This document shows positions 25,481 to 37,085 of a DNA stretch of 64,000 nt, one piece after another (the stretch's first letter is position 1; each line of letters begins with the position of its first letter). A model generated the notes under the pieces. The model did not search any database. It was not told the DNA's origin and worked only from the letters and a program-made list of their open reading frames with translations. This stretch comes from Dicyema japonicum (taxonomy: Eukaryota; Animalia; Dicyemida). Position numbers and translations under genes: made by a program. Location of the stretch: the NCBI GenBank assembly GCA_011109175.1, contig RDEW01000067.1, positions 1 through 64,000 of the forward strand, in the 5' to 3' direction.

Positions 25481-28400
25481 CTCTTACTTTGGAAGGTGGT
25501 AGATAGCTCGACTGGGGCGCCAATCGTGGATAACCTCTCTCCCTCAAAATATTATGATTGTAACTAACGCAGGCACAGTCTGAGGCTTAAAAATAAGAAA
25601 ACAGATTTCTCGATGTACAATTAGTTTTTGAGCCAGTCACCGTGGAAAAGTAAGGAATCATAGAAAGCAGGTCACTGACCCAGTTAACAGCATATCGCGA
25701 AAAGGAAAAATGATGGAAGAGAAAGGAGCTTTATCATTGAGCGCATTTCATGAAAATTGTCAAGTACAAAAGGTCATCAATTATGAGAGCAGTTAGTGAT
25801 TGCTAACTGTTTGTCTTTGTGGAAAGATTAGTTAAGTAACTCCTTTTATTTATTGAAAACCTAATTTGGATCAAAAAATCATCTTTGCTTATCATTAGGA
25901 GGCGATCAACTTTTTCAGGAATCCTAAAATAATGTTATATTATTAACAAATATTCTTCGAACTTTTAATTTTCTGAAAAAATTTTTTTAAACAGACATTG
26001 TAACATTGTCGAAATTTACTATTAACTTACATTATTTATACTCCCCAGTTTATACTCCCCAGTTAACGTTAACGTCAAAATATCATCACGTATGACGCAA
26101 TTTAATTCACCACTAATATTATACCTAATTGTTGTATTACCTTAATATTATATTAAGATCAGGATCCCTTCCACTTCGTTTTAAGTCATGACCTTATAGC
26201 CTAATCATTAATAACACATTTAGATATCTTTAAGTACTCTTATCGCCAACGCCTAATAGTTAGTGTAATAAATTACATGGAGATCAGGATATTTTACATT
26301 CACAGTGTATGAATAAAGAAAACAGACTGGTTTTTCAAAGGAATAAACAATAATACGTCGATTTTCATCTGCAACCACAAGAATTTATCCATAATGTTGA
26401 ACTTTTATTTGAAATGGATAAATGTTTTATTTAAATAAAATATTATTTATTTACTATGGAGGAGAGCGGCTGCTGACATTACGGAGTAAGCGTTTCCGCG
26501 GACAACTGCAATCCCAATTCGTTGCCTCGGCCAGACCGCTTCCCGCACGCCCAATTCGTTGCTGTTTAACTAATTTAAAAATTGAATTGATTTTTGAGAA
26601 AATATAATTTTTATGTTGATAACTATTATTTACATATAATCACGATTTTTATGTAGATCTAATTTTATAAAAAAATATTTCTTATAAGCTTTTCGTGCCT
26701 CCTTTTACACAAGTTCACGCCTCCCATTTTGAAAACCTCTGATATAGAATGTGTTAAATCTCGAAAAGTACACCTACTGAAAGGAGATTGCATTTATCCA
26801 AAAAAGCAAATTATTTTTGGTTCGAAGTGGTGCTCAATATCAGAATGACATCTAGGATAGTATTTTGGGATTCAAAACAAAGACTTGGGTGTATCAAATT
26901 CAATATTTTAGTGTAATTAATGTAAAGATTCAATTCTCAATGCTGAAAAGTATCCATTAGTCCGTGTTTTAAGTATTTTTAATCGGAATCGAATCTGTAT
27001 AAGCAGATAGTTTATATTTCTACACTCAGAAACCTTTGAAGCCCACTGGCTCCTTCGGTTGGTCTCTGTCGCTATTTTGATAAGTAGCACTGCGTCAATC
27101 ATGTTGGTAGAATCCCCGTAATTTTAACTTCGACGGCTGTAAAAGGAATTATTTTTTATGGTTGCATATTTTTTGGCTTATCCTTCTCGTTGCATGACTG
27201 AGGTGACGAACTTAAGAGACATCGAAAACCTGAATTTCTAAACAAAGTAAGTGTCGTTTTCTCTGTTGTTGATAATAGTCATTAATATTCTTTCCCTCCT
27301 TATGGAGTCTAATAACCGTAAGCTTGGGAGGATTTGCCTCTCCGCAAATGCGACCATGGGAGATAAACACAGTTAATTAACTTATTACTAGATGTACTGG
27401 GGGTTAACAAAATAAAATCCTGAAGATAATTCAGATTTGATGTGTCTTTATTAGATTTGATTATTGCACTATGAAGAGATACAATAAGGAAGAGAAGTGA
27501 TGACTGTTGGAATATCCTCAGAGTGGCCCAACACCACTTGCCAACGATGTAATGGAAGTATACATCTTGTATGATATCGAGGACAACCGAGATTCACAAT
27601 ACCCACTGCAATCCAAAAATACCTAAGGAATTAAAAATTGTATTTAGATGAAGCAGAGGACCTAGATGATCTCTCCAAAATCGCATTCTCGATGGGGGAT
27701 GTTGGCGTATCACTAAAAATTATCCGTGGTACAANTGAAGCAGAGGACCTAGATGATATCTCCAAAATCGCATTCTCGATGGGGGATGTTGGCGTATCAC
27801 TAAAAAATTATCCGTGTACAACCTAAACCAATTATTTTCTTAGTAAAAGTAAAATGTCATCAAAAAATTAAAAGTAGAAAAAACTCTTCTCTAATCTACA
27901 AAATGACCCATCAATAACTTTGATCCAACGACTGACTCTATCTCCATCATCTGTTCTTTATTCACGGAAGAAAAGTACAAAGTCACCACCATCACCAACT
28001 TTGCCAAAAAATCCAGAAAACGTTTGAAATCTACAATCAGCACACAAAAGACCTCAATCTAAATAAAAAGTAGGACTGCTTGACCACCGTCCTCATTGAA
28101 CAAGGCAACCACGCGGACCGCTGTCTCTCACCATCCGTCGATTGCACTGCCCGGTCAACAAGTAGCCACCATATTGTCAAAATTCCGTGTCTGTCATCCA
28201 AATTTCCGTGTTCCGCACAATCGCCCTTACAAAGTGAATATTACTAACATCACTGTAACAAACCGAATAACCAAAAGCAGATTCGGGGCATTTCCCTCAT
28301 CATGGAAATTATTCTGTCAACGTCTTCATTATAGAAAGTTTTCAACCTCTTCTAATTCAAGGATCGGTATCCACCCTTGGTAGAAATCTAAAATACAGTA

Positions 28401-28714
28401 AATTTAGGCAAAAAGATGTGAACAGAGTCAAGCTGTTCGAGGAAAGGACTAATATTACTAAAAATCCTCCTTATACTTTTCTAACTTAATCGAGATTTTT
28501 CACTATCAAAGAAACGACCACCCGATCTTCTGACAAGGACCTTAAGTAGAGGCGTCATATCACGAGTTTTTGTATTACTATTGATTGAAGGTCGTTTATT
28601 TTTTTCAAGTATGTTACTAAGCATCTCAAGCGTAGCTGATGGTTGGCTCAATGTACAGAGTGTATAGGAGTTTTAACGTAAACTTAATGTTCTTTGATGC
28701 TGTTTATTTATTTA

Positions 28715-28860
28715 TTTAGAACCTCGGGATGACTGCGTCACTCGTCAGCTAAAAGCATCATAGATGTATGGAACCTTCAGCCGGAATGTACAGCATCGAG
28801 ATACGAACCAGAAGACATCAGGCATTTTCCCGTCACTTATGACAATGCGCCATAGGAATG
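28715..28860 (-). mobile_element. tRNA-derived SINE, copy 3 (short variant with TAAA tail)
   Basis: TGGCGCATTG A-box, GGTTCGTATC B-box, core GAAGGTTCCATACATC..TGACGAGTGACGCAGTCATC. Confidence 0.75.
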
Positions 28861-29441
28861 TGTGGTGGATTCAATAGTTTTTTAAATACACGATTGTAAA
28901 TAAAGAATTAATTTTTTTCCTAATTCTTCCAAATAAGTAATTAAAGTGATAATGAAGTGCCATTTATTTGTATGTTTCCAAAAAGTCATACTTTAGGATT
29001 CAGAGTTACCATGATTCTAGGTCAATGCTCTGGAAAAACCATGAGTCGTTCCTTTTCACACACTTCCGTTTCCTCACTAAGGTCTCGAGGGAGGTAAGGT
29101 CTACCAAAGAGTAAGAAACTTCTTAAGAGCTCAACTACTAAGGGTAGGAAGGCTTCGATTTCTAAGTACATTTATGCGAGGTTGGTACCCAGGCGGAATG
29201 TTGGCTCAACGTAATGAGTATACAGGGAACCTAACATAAAGGAGAATAACTCTCATAAAGTCACCTTGAATAATAAAAGGTAACGAGAAACAATTCAGTG
29301 TAAACCTTCTCAAACTAATTCTCTAAACGTCCACCAAGGATAGTCATGCTATTATTCCAAAACGCACACCACTACACAAATCCAACAAATAACCAAAATA
29401 AAGACAAAATAAACAAAAAATAAATTATTATTTTTCCTTTT

Positions 29442-30730
29442 TTATTTTTTACTACTAGTTACAGCGGGTTTCCTTTTAATCCCAACACATGCAAAGAACG
29501 AATCAATCCTCTTCTGGGATGTCTTCGACTGTAGCTTCTTCAGTCTCATGACACAAGTCATCAACTTCTCCTGACTACATATCACCAAATTACCACCAAA
29601 ATCCCTTCTCTTCTACCAAAAACTGCCTTAACTCAGCCTCAGCCACGGGGGACCACTCAAACTTCTACAAATAACTCATCTCACATTAATCGATGACACT
29701 TCACTCACTGTCGGTTCCATAAATAACTTTTTGGCTTCCTTGTACGCCCAGTTCTCGGGAATCTGGTATTTCTACCGTGAAATCACGGAGTTACCGTTTT
29801 ATCCAAGTTTTCCACTATCCTGTCGATCGACTGATACTTTTTGATCAATTCCACCGCCTTCTTGGACCCCACACGCGGATTGTAGGGCAGTAGTCACATC
29901 CCAGTAGAATACAAATCTCCACAAACTGTTCCTGGGTCACTTCCAATGAGCTCAGAACATCTGAAAGCCTAATCTCCATCAACGGGGCTTTTCTACGGGT
30001 TAAAACGGAAAACCCACTTTCCAGCGGTTAAATGCCTCAACAATATCTTGCTTCCAAAAGCCAGACTGTCCATGTCCTCGGAGGCCATGGCGTAGCAGAG
30101 GTTGGCCTTAACGAGGGCCGCACACTGAGCTTCAGCCTCTCCCGGGGCCTACACATAGGTTAGCACACATACGATGACGAAGGGGATCCCCATAAGTTTC
30201 AATAATTTCTGGACGTCTGCGGTCTCGTCTTGGGTCACGGAAATGAGACGAAGGTCCATCTTCTCCACAGCCGCAGTGTCCCCTGGTTAGTAACACCACA
30301 AACCTATTTTCTCGGCTTCTTCCCGTTTCTGTCGGGCCTCTTCTCGTCGTAAATGCCGTTTTTCCAACTAAAATAGGTTTGAAGACCAACCTCAAACTGC
30401 TTGCACTTTGGGGGAGTTCCGTCAAAGACATAGACGGGTTTGATCCCTTCTCCATAAGGGAAATCGACCTGTAGAGCATTCCCACCAAATGGCTGAGGGC
30501 TCATACTTTAAGCAAACCTTGTATTGTTTCCGTCTTCGTTGGTCATGGCACCACCAAATCCGTGACGAATAGCAGTCAGAAACTGGTAAAGAAACATTGA
30601 AGCGTCAATAGCGATGACTCTCCCTAATTTATTATTTCATGGAAGTACCAAAGAAGTTTTTGATTTGGGGGCTCTTCATTGAATCTGGAGCATAATCTCC
30701 AATAACTTTGGACAGGCGAGATATTCCCAT
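29442..30730 (-). CDS. FEN1: Flap endonuclease 1, 9 micro-introns (20-25 nt), two 1-nt deletions in this assembly
   Basis: Spliced model: [81 protein letters not shown] (XPG-N/I motifs and PIP box). Confidence 0.95.
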
Positions 30731-31169
30731 TTATCTTTAATATAAATTATAGAAAACTAGATGTTATTTCACAAAGACGATATAAAACCGGTAATTTTAT
30801 TATTATTTTAAATTATTTTTTAATTTATTTTTTAATTTATTATACTAAATTTTTCATAAATAATTAATATACAATCAAAATGTTAAAACATTGATTTTAA
30901 AGTAATTATCAAAAAAACTTTAGTTTAATAATAACGTAACGTCTGATAACATCAGATCTGACACCACGATTCCCGAGATTTGTCACAGGATTGGACTTGA
31001 AGTTACATAAAAGTCGTTAACTAGAGTTATTATGATGTCTCATCTTTTGCTGATACGTTATTTATTACTCATCTTCCGCATTATATTGTTATGTTCTCCC
31101 TATTCAATAGCATATTCATGACAAGACGATCCCACTTTCGTCTCCGGGGTGATTAGGCAAAAAGTTCAA

Positions 31170-32640
31170 AAACTTTTATTCTGATAGATAGATAATTTCA
31201 TTAACATTAAAAACTCGTTGCTATTTAAAAACTAATTAAACAGAGAGAAGCCAATGAGTTTGTCCTAGTTGATGGGTCTGGTACAACGAGATACCATATA
31301 TCTCTTCTTTGAATTATTGACTCCCTGCACCCAATAAGAATTATTTTTTCAAGTGGTGCAATATTTTTTTCAATAGATCTTGCGCGTCTTTCATAACTAG
31401 GCAGTAATTTATATTTTAAATCAAGTCCATATGCTAGAACACTTCTCATCACTTTCAAACTATCCTTGAAAGCCGTAAATCAGGAATAGTTCTATACAAG
31501 CTGTATAAACATAGACAAAAGTTTACGGACTCAATTGAAATTGTAAAGGCGATATCAACAACGCGGTAGCTTTTTTCCGTTTTTCTTAATGTAATTTATA
31601 AAGGAACCTTTAGAGTTCACAAAACACCAAGATATTGCAACTGTTCCATGCATTTGATTGCTCCAGTATTAGAACAAAATTTAGACTTATTTATGTTATT
31701 CACAATCCATGAAACAGTACACTTTTTTAGAGATAAGGATAAACCTTTATCTCGACACCATTTAATTTTGACCTTTTGACATGACGCACAGGACAGATGG
31801 CTCAATGAATTGTTTGTACAATAATTTCAAGGCTGGGAAATGCGTTTTAATGCCACCGAAAATAGATTTGATTATCCCTAGCTTTCTTGAGCAGCTTCCA
31901 GAGATGCCTCGACATGAGATGAGACGGACATGTGTGTGTCGAAGGTGATCTCCAAGATTTTCAGTTTCTTTGTGAAAGGTATTTTTGTCTGGTTGATAAA
32001 TATATCCACTGTCATCTGTCCAATTCGTTTGTCTGAGGTGAATAAGGACGAAGAATATTTTTCAGTAGATGTATCAAGCCGGTTATAATTTAGCCAAATT
32101 TGAATATTGTGAAGGTATTCTTGTACTTTTTCTGATGCCTATACGAGATCTTGATCGCAGGATCCGATTAATAGGTCATCAGCATATTATAGGAGGAAAT
32201 CGTCTTTATTATCGGGTTGTGGTAAATCGGACATGTATAAGTTAAATAAGGCGGGTGATAGAGAGGAACCTTGTGAGACACCATTGGGTAGTTATCTTGA
32301 AATTGAATTGGTCCATCCATGTATACCCGGGCCCTTCTTCCAGTGATGAAGTTAGCTAACCAGAGTTTTATATTGGGGTTGACGAAGAGGCCAAACAATT
32401 TCCGGGTAAAGATTTTCCTGGAGACATAGTCGATGACCTTTTGTAAATCAATCGCGCAAACGACTGTTTTGAAGTGGCGACGATTTGTGTTAAAGCCTTC
32501 AAGGATAAATTGGTTGAGAGCAGTCAGGTGGGTGGAGGTTTAATAACCCCTTCTGAATCCATGTTGTGAGAATGAAAAAGGAAAAAAAGGGGTTATAAAA
32601 TTAAGAATTAGTTTTTCCAATAATTTTGATTGCATAGTAA
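31170..32640 (-). mobile_element. Decayed LINE RT fragments (Vingi-like 31850-32640, plus a second piece 31170-31800)
   Basis: SQHGFRRG, GFNTNRRH..VCAIDLQK, KLWLANFITGRRARV, QYLGV. Confidence 0.75.
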
Positions 32641-32649
32641 AGAGATTCG

Positions 32650-32790
32650 GATAGGGCATTGTGATGGTTGCCGGGAAAGAGGCCTAAAGGTCGCTAGTTC
32701 GAATTCCGATATTGCACATTCGGTTGAAGGTTCCACGCATCAATATGCTTTGACTTGGCGAGTGACGGCATTATCAGTGTACTTTAAAAT
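32650..32790 (+). mobile_element. tRNA-derived SINE, copy 4 (partial)
   Basis: AGTTCGAATTCC B-box and core GGTTGAAGGTTCCACGCATCAATATGC..GCGAGTGACG. Confidence 0.75.
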
Positions 32791-33313
32791 CTTTTCCCGA
32801 AAAAAGTGAGGAAGAAAAAATTTTTTACCTTGGTGTGGATGGCAAAGATTTAGACCTTGTCTATAACACATGGTCACCTAAGACAAGGTCCACACCTTAA
32901 TTTAAATAGAGTTAATAATTTAATTAGAATTAAGATTCATACTTTCTTAATATTTCTCTTAAAATACGTAAACTTAGAGCTTGTTAGCTATGTTCGGATT
33001 CGAACAGATGGAGTTTTCAGCGAGGTCAATTCTTGTCAAACAGATCCCACCCGTGAGGCAACGAGTCCTTCTGGTACGACACAGTAGCTAAAAGGGATCT
33101 TCCTATTTTTCTCCCTAACCAAATCCTCTAATGAAGATTGCTTTACGAAACCTATTCCGTTAAAGAATGAAGGACGTGGACAAAAATGGAAGAGGCGGAC
33201 CTACTACCCCACCTCTCTTCGGAAGCGGAAGTCTGAAATGAAGTATTGGAAGATGGATTTGGTCTGCACGAGCAGATTTTCTCCCTTTAGTTCTTCCTTG
33301 GATTAGTTAGTTA

Positions 33314-34903
33314 CAGGGTTGTTAGATTTAATTCATTTGATTTTAATCAAAAACAATCAATGATTTAAATCATTAAAAAAATCAAAAAAATCATTAAAGT
33401 TTTGTTAATGTCTGGAAGAAAGTGTGATGCCTTGTGGGTTCACTTCGTTAAACGTATTATTCCTGGAAAGACTGGGAGTATAGCCATATGCCGTAATTGC
33501 GGGATGGAGGTACAAGGTCTCGTATCTCAGATGAGGCAGCATCATTTGTTATGTCGAACTCATATTGATATCCCTGAAAATCCGTCGAAACCTGAAAGTG
33601 ATTTGATCAGCGAATTCCTCCCAACGATGAGGGACCAGTAATTAATCACTTTCGTTACTACGACGACGTCATCGAAGAAAAATTTGATTGATATGCAACT
33701 CGCTAGATACATATATTCCAGTAACACTCCTTTTGCTGCTGTAGAACATCCTGAATTTGTAAATTTGTCCAAATGCTTCTTCCTGGGTATAGTTTACCCT
33801 CTCGTCATCGAATTGGTGGTCCATTGCTCGATCGTGTGTACGACTAAATACATTAAGACCTTCGGCAAAGACTCCAGGACAAGACAGTGTCCATGATGTT
33901 GGACGGGTGGAGCAACATTCATAATGAACCTGTTATTTGTGTGTCAGTTGTAACATCGGATGGGGAAAGCTATCTAATTGACACTGCGGCTGATTAAACC
34001 AATTGCTGTCGCTTTAGACAAAATTCAAAATGATTCTACGACGATTAGTCATGCTGTAGAAATTTGGAAAGAACTTGAACAGACTTAGAATGTACGACTA
34101 TTTTAGAAAAAGTGAAAACTCGAGCAGATCAAGCATTAACACCTTTCCACTTACTTGAGAATCTAATGGACCCAACACGTTGTGGGAGATCTCTTTCAAC
34201 TGCTGAGATTAACCTCGCCTTGGAGTATTGTGCTGAACATTATGAATATGCTCTCCGACTCTGATTAATTTCAGAGCAAAAGCTGATATTCAAACCATAC
34301 ATGTTCGCTCCGAATTTATTGAGCAAAGTGTATCACCTATAGCTTGGTGGCAGTAGAACTCTTATCAGTTACCTTCTGAAGTATTTTCACTTTGCAAAAA
34401 AATTCTTGGAGTAGTTGCTTCCAAAGGTGGAACAGAGCGAATTTTTTCGAGTTTTGGATTCCTACATTCAAATGTACGAATTAGGCTGGGAATTGAAAAA
34501 GCTGCCAAACTTGTCTTTGTTTACAAGCTTTTAAATAAATAAATACGATTTCCATTGTTTTTATTTTTATTTTACTTTGTTTCCGAATTATTATTATGAA
34601 AGCACTTTCACGAAAGCCATAATGATTATGCCCCGCATGTGCAACACTCAAAGAAACAATATTTATAGTTAGTCTTTTCCATCTTCCTGTTTTTGGTGTG
34701 GTGGTGACGTGCCTCGATTCTTCTCTGTACAACGGTTAAGAAAAATGTCTGAAAAACACTCATCATACAATCGAGAACTCAGGCTAATGACGTTCAACGT
34801 ACGTGTTTCCGAATAAAAATCATTTAATTCAAAAAATCTGATTTAAATCAAAAAATCAGATTTTTTCGATTTTTTCATAAAGTCTTGATTTTTAACAACC
34901 CTG
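33314..34903 (+). mobile_element. hAT transposon (BED finger plus DUF659/dimerisation-type transposase, internally deleted)
   Basis: Perfect 11-bp TIRs CAGGGTTGTTA/TAACAACCCTG and perfect 8-bp TSD GTTAGTTA (33306-33313, 34904-34911). Motifs LWVHF..AICRNC..MRQHHLLC, ARYIYSSNTPF, LDGWSN, ERIFSSFG..RIRLGIEKAAKLVF. Confidence 0.92.
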
Positions 34904-35499
34904 GTTAGTTATGACTGTTTGTACTGGCTTTCAATGGTTAGCCTGGGGTTAATAATAATAATTGTTAGCTATGCTGATGGCTATTTCTATATGTTTGTCT
35001 TCAGACTAGTATTCCTCATTTCAATAAAGTAAACCTTCTTAATCCGAACAAATGATTTCGCGCCTTTCTGACTGTGAAGGTTTATTTATTTAACAATTAT
35101 TTAACAACCCAAGACCATGGTAAAACCAAAGTAATTATCACGTGATCCCGAGCCATTCTAACAGCGATCTCATCTTTGTCCGGTGTTCTTCCTTCGTGCC
35201 AGAGTATAAACGTGCAGAACGTCTGCCTGAATTTTTCAGGGTCATTTTCCTGTTATCCTTCCTGAATTTTCAGTCTAGTCTCATAAGGGCTTCCAGAGGC
35301 GTAGGTCCGGTTCAGTGATCTTCACAAATCCAACGCTTCGTTACTCTGTAAGCCCTCTTTGCTTTTCCTCATATTTTTCCAAAATGTGGTCGGTCTTCAC
35401 GAGGCGCATGCATATGAGAAACATGGCTCGATGTACTGTTTGTACACGTTCATCACTCTTCCATTAAAAAATAAGTTTTTATATTAATCTACTACTCCC

Positions 35500-35860
35500 A
35501 GCACATTAAATATGTGACCCCCTAAACTTGGAATATATAAAAATATTGTTTCTTCCTAAAAATAGTACGGGTTCTTTTCAACCCATGGATACTGGCATCA
35601 TAAAATCTTCAAGATCAATAATAACGAAAATATGGAAGTTGGTATTAATGATCCAGCAATCGTTTTTTTTCATTAGTCGAAAGTGAGCTTTCCTAGATAA
35701 AGAATTTACATCTTTTCAAATTTGTCGTTTTTTCAGTTGGATAAAAAAACTCCTCTCAGATTATTATAGCAACAACTTAGAATCACATTAGCTAAATTTC
35801 ATTCTCGCAGCGTTTATATGATCCTCGATAATGGACAATCCCATCCTCCCCTTTTTCGAT
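35500..35860 (+). mobile_element. pogo/Tigger-like DDE transposase fragments
   Basis: FLPKNSTGSFQPMDTGIIKS and MILDNGQSHPP resemble DDE_1 motifs. Confidence 0.55.
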
Positions 35861-36704
35861 ACCCGACTCTGCAGACTTCTGAGGTTTTCACCGTCCTTAA
35901 CGGTTTGTTTACTGGTCTCAAATATCCATTAAGGACTTTGGGAAGCATTACCATGGAAAAATTCTATTTAACATATGGGAATTAGAATTTTCCATATGAT
36001 GTTCGCTGGCGAATCTCGCTCCATTCGTAGAATGTGACCAAACAGTTTACATCCCATCTTCATGATCAGAGTGCTCAGGAACCCGGAAAAGCATTATGAT
36101 GATAACTATGTACTATAATTTGAAATTTTAAAATATTCATAGTTGTTTAAAGTTATTAAAAATTTTAAAACCGTGGAAATCATCGGTTTTCGTTTGCTAA
36201 TTTTATCAATTTAGTACCTGCACTGTTATTAACGTATATAGGAATATCAGTATTGAATTATACCGAATATGAACATTTCCATAATTTTAACCCTATTATG
36301 AATTCTCCGAGCATAGAATTTCTGACTTTTCTTGGGTATTCCGGAGTTATTAAAGTTTATAATTAATAACACTAAAATTTTAGCAATGCGTTAATAGTCT
36401 TGAAACGTGTAATTACGATGGCTGTTACATATTAAATTGGTTGAAAGATCTTCTAGTATTCTGAATATATTTAGTTAGACGAAAATGAAAAAAATTAGAT
36501 TTTTTTATTGATCTGGATGGAATTTATCATATTCACAATATTTTTACAAGACCTTTATTACACCCTTTAGTATATAGATTATATCATAATGCCAACAATT
36601 TTTGCTGTGGAAACTCTAGCTAAATTTCCAAAGCTAGAAGATTACTAGCGACCTATGGAGTAAATTAAGATTTATTGTAAAATTGATGTTTCATTTAAAG
36701 GAAT

Positions 36705-37085
36705 CTAAATTATGACATATTTGAATTTGATCACCAATATTTTATTTGGAATTGTATGTGTCTGATATTGGGGGATCCAAATGATATTTGTCCTAAATTT
36801 TAAAATTTGGATATCGGTTATTTGAGTACAAAAGAATTCATTTTTAATAAGATTTTTACATTTATTAAAAATATCCGAATAAAGCAAATCGTCATAACAT
36901 CCAGTAGGTAGTTTAATTTTTATGTCGAAGGTCATTGATGCCAACAATAAATTTATTAAATGTGAACATGGATGAGCGACTATTGCTTTGGTTGTGTGGG
37001 AATTTGCTAATTTAACAAAATAACTCGTTAACAGTATTTTAATAATAGAAAATGAATTTATGGGCATGTTGATTCCGCACAACAT
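36705..37085 (-). CDS. Orphan 126-codon ORF, possibly the first exon of a lineage-specific secreted protein
   Basis: Stop-free for 126 codons in very AT-rich DNA, hydrophobic N-terminus and several Cys; no recognised domain. Confidence 0.3.
   Translation of the reverse strand: MLCGINMPINSFSIIKILLTSYFVKLANSHTTKAIVAHPCSHLINLLLASMTFDIKIKLPTGCYDDLLYSDIFNKCKNLIKNEFFCTQITDIQILKFRTNIIWIPQYQTHTIPNKILVIKFKYVII

Larger units (their letters stand above)
4305..26741 (-). mobile_element. Buster/Charlie-type hAT element (defective transposase) expanded to 22.4 kb by nested insertions
   Basis: TIRs CTGAGGTTTTCAAA (4305) and TTTGAAAACCTCTG (ends 26741) match at 13/14. Identical 8-bp TSD ATATAGAA at 4297-4304 and 26742-26749 with central TA. 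Buster transposase remnants lie inside on the minus strand. Confidence 0.75.

Noticed and set aside
15160-27830. Tandem duplications at single-N joins (15340, 16073, 17483, 23033, 27735)
   Set aside because: Near-identical 100-300 nt overlaps centred on one N are typical scaffolding or haplotype-overlap artefacts, not biology.
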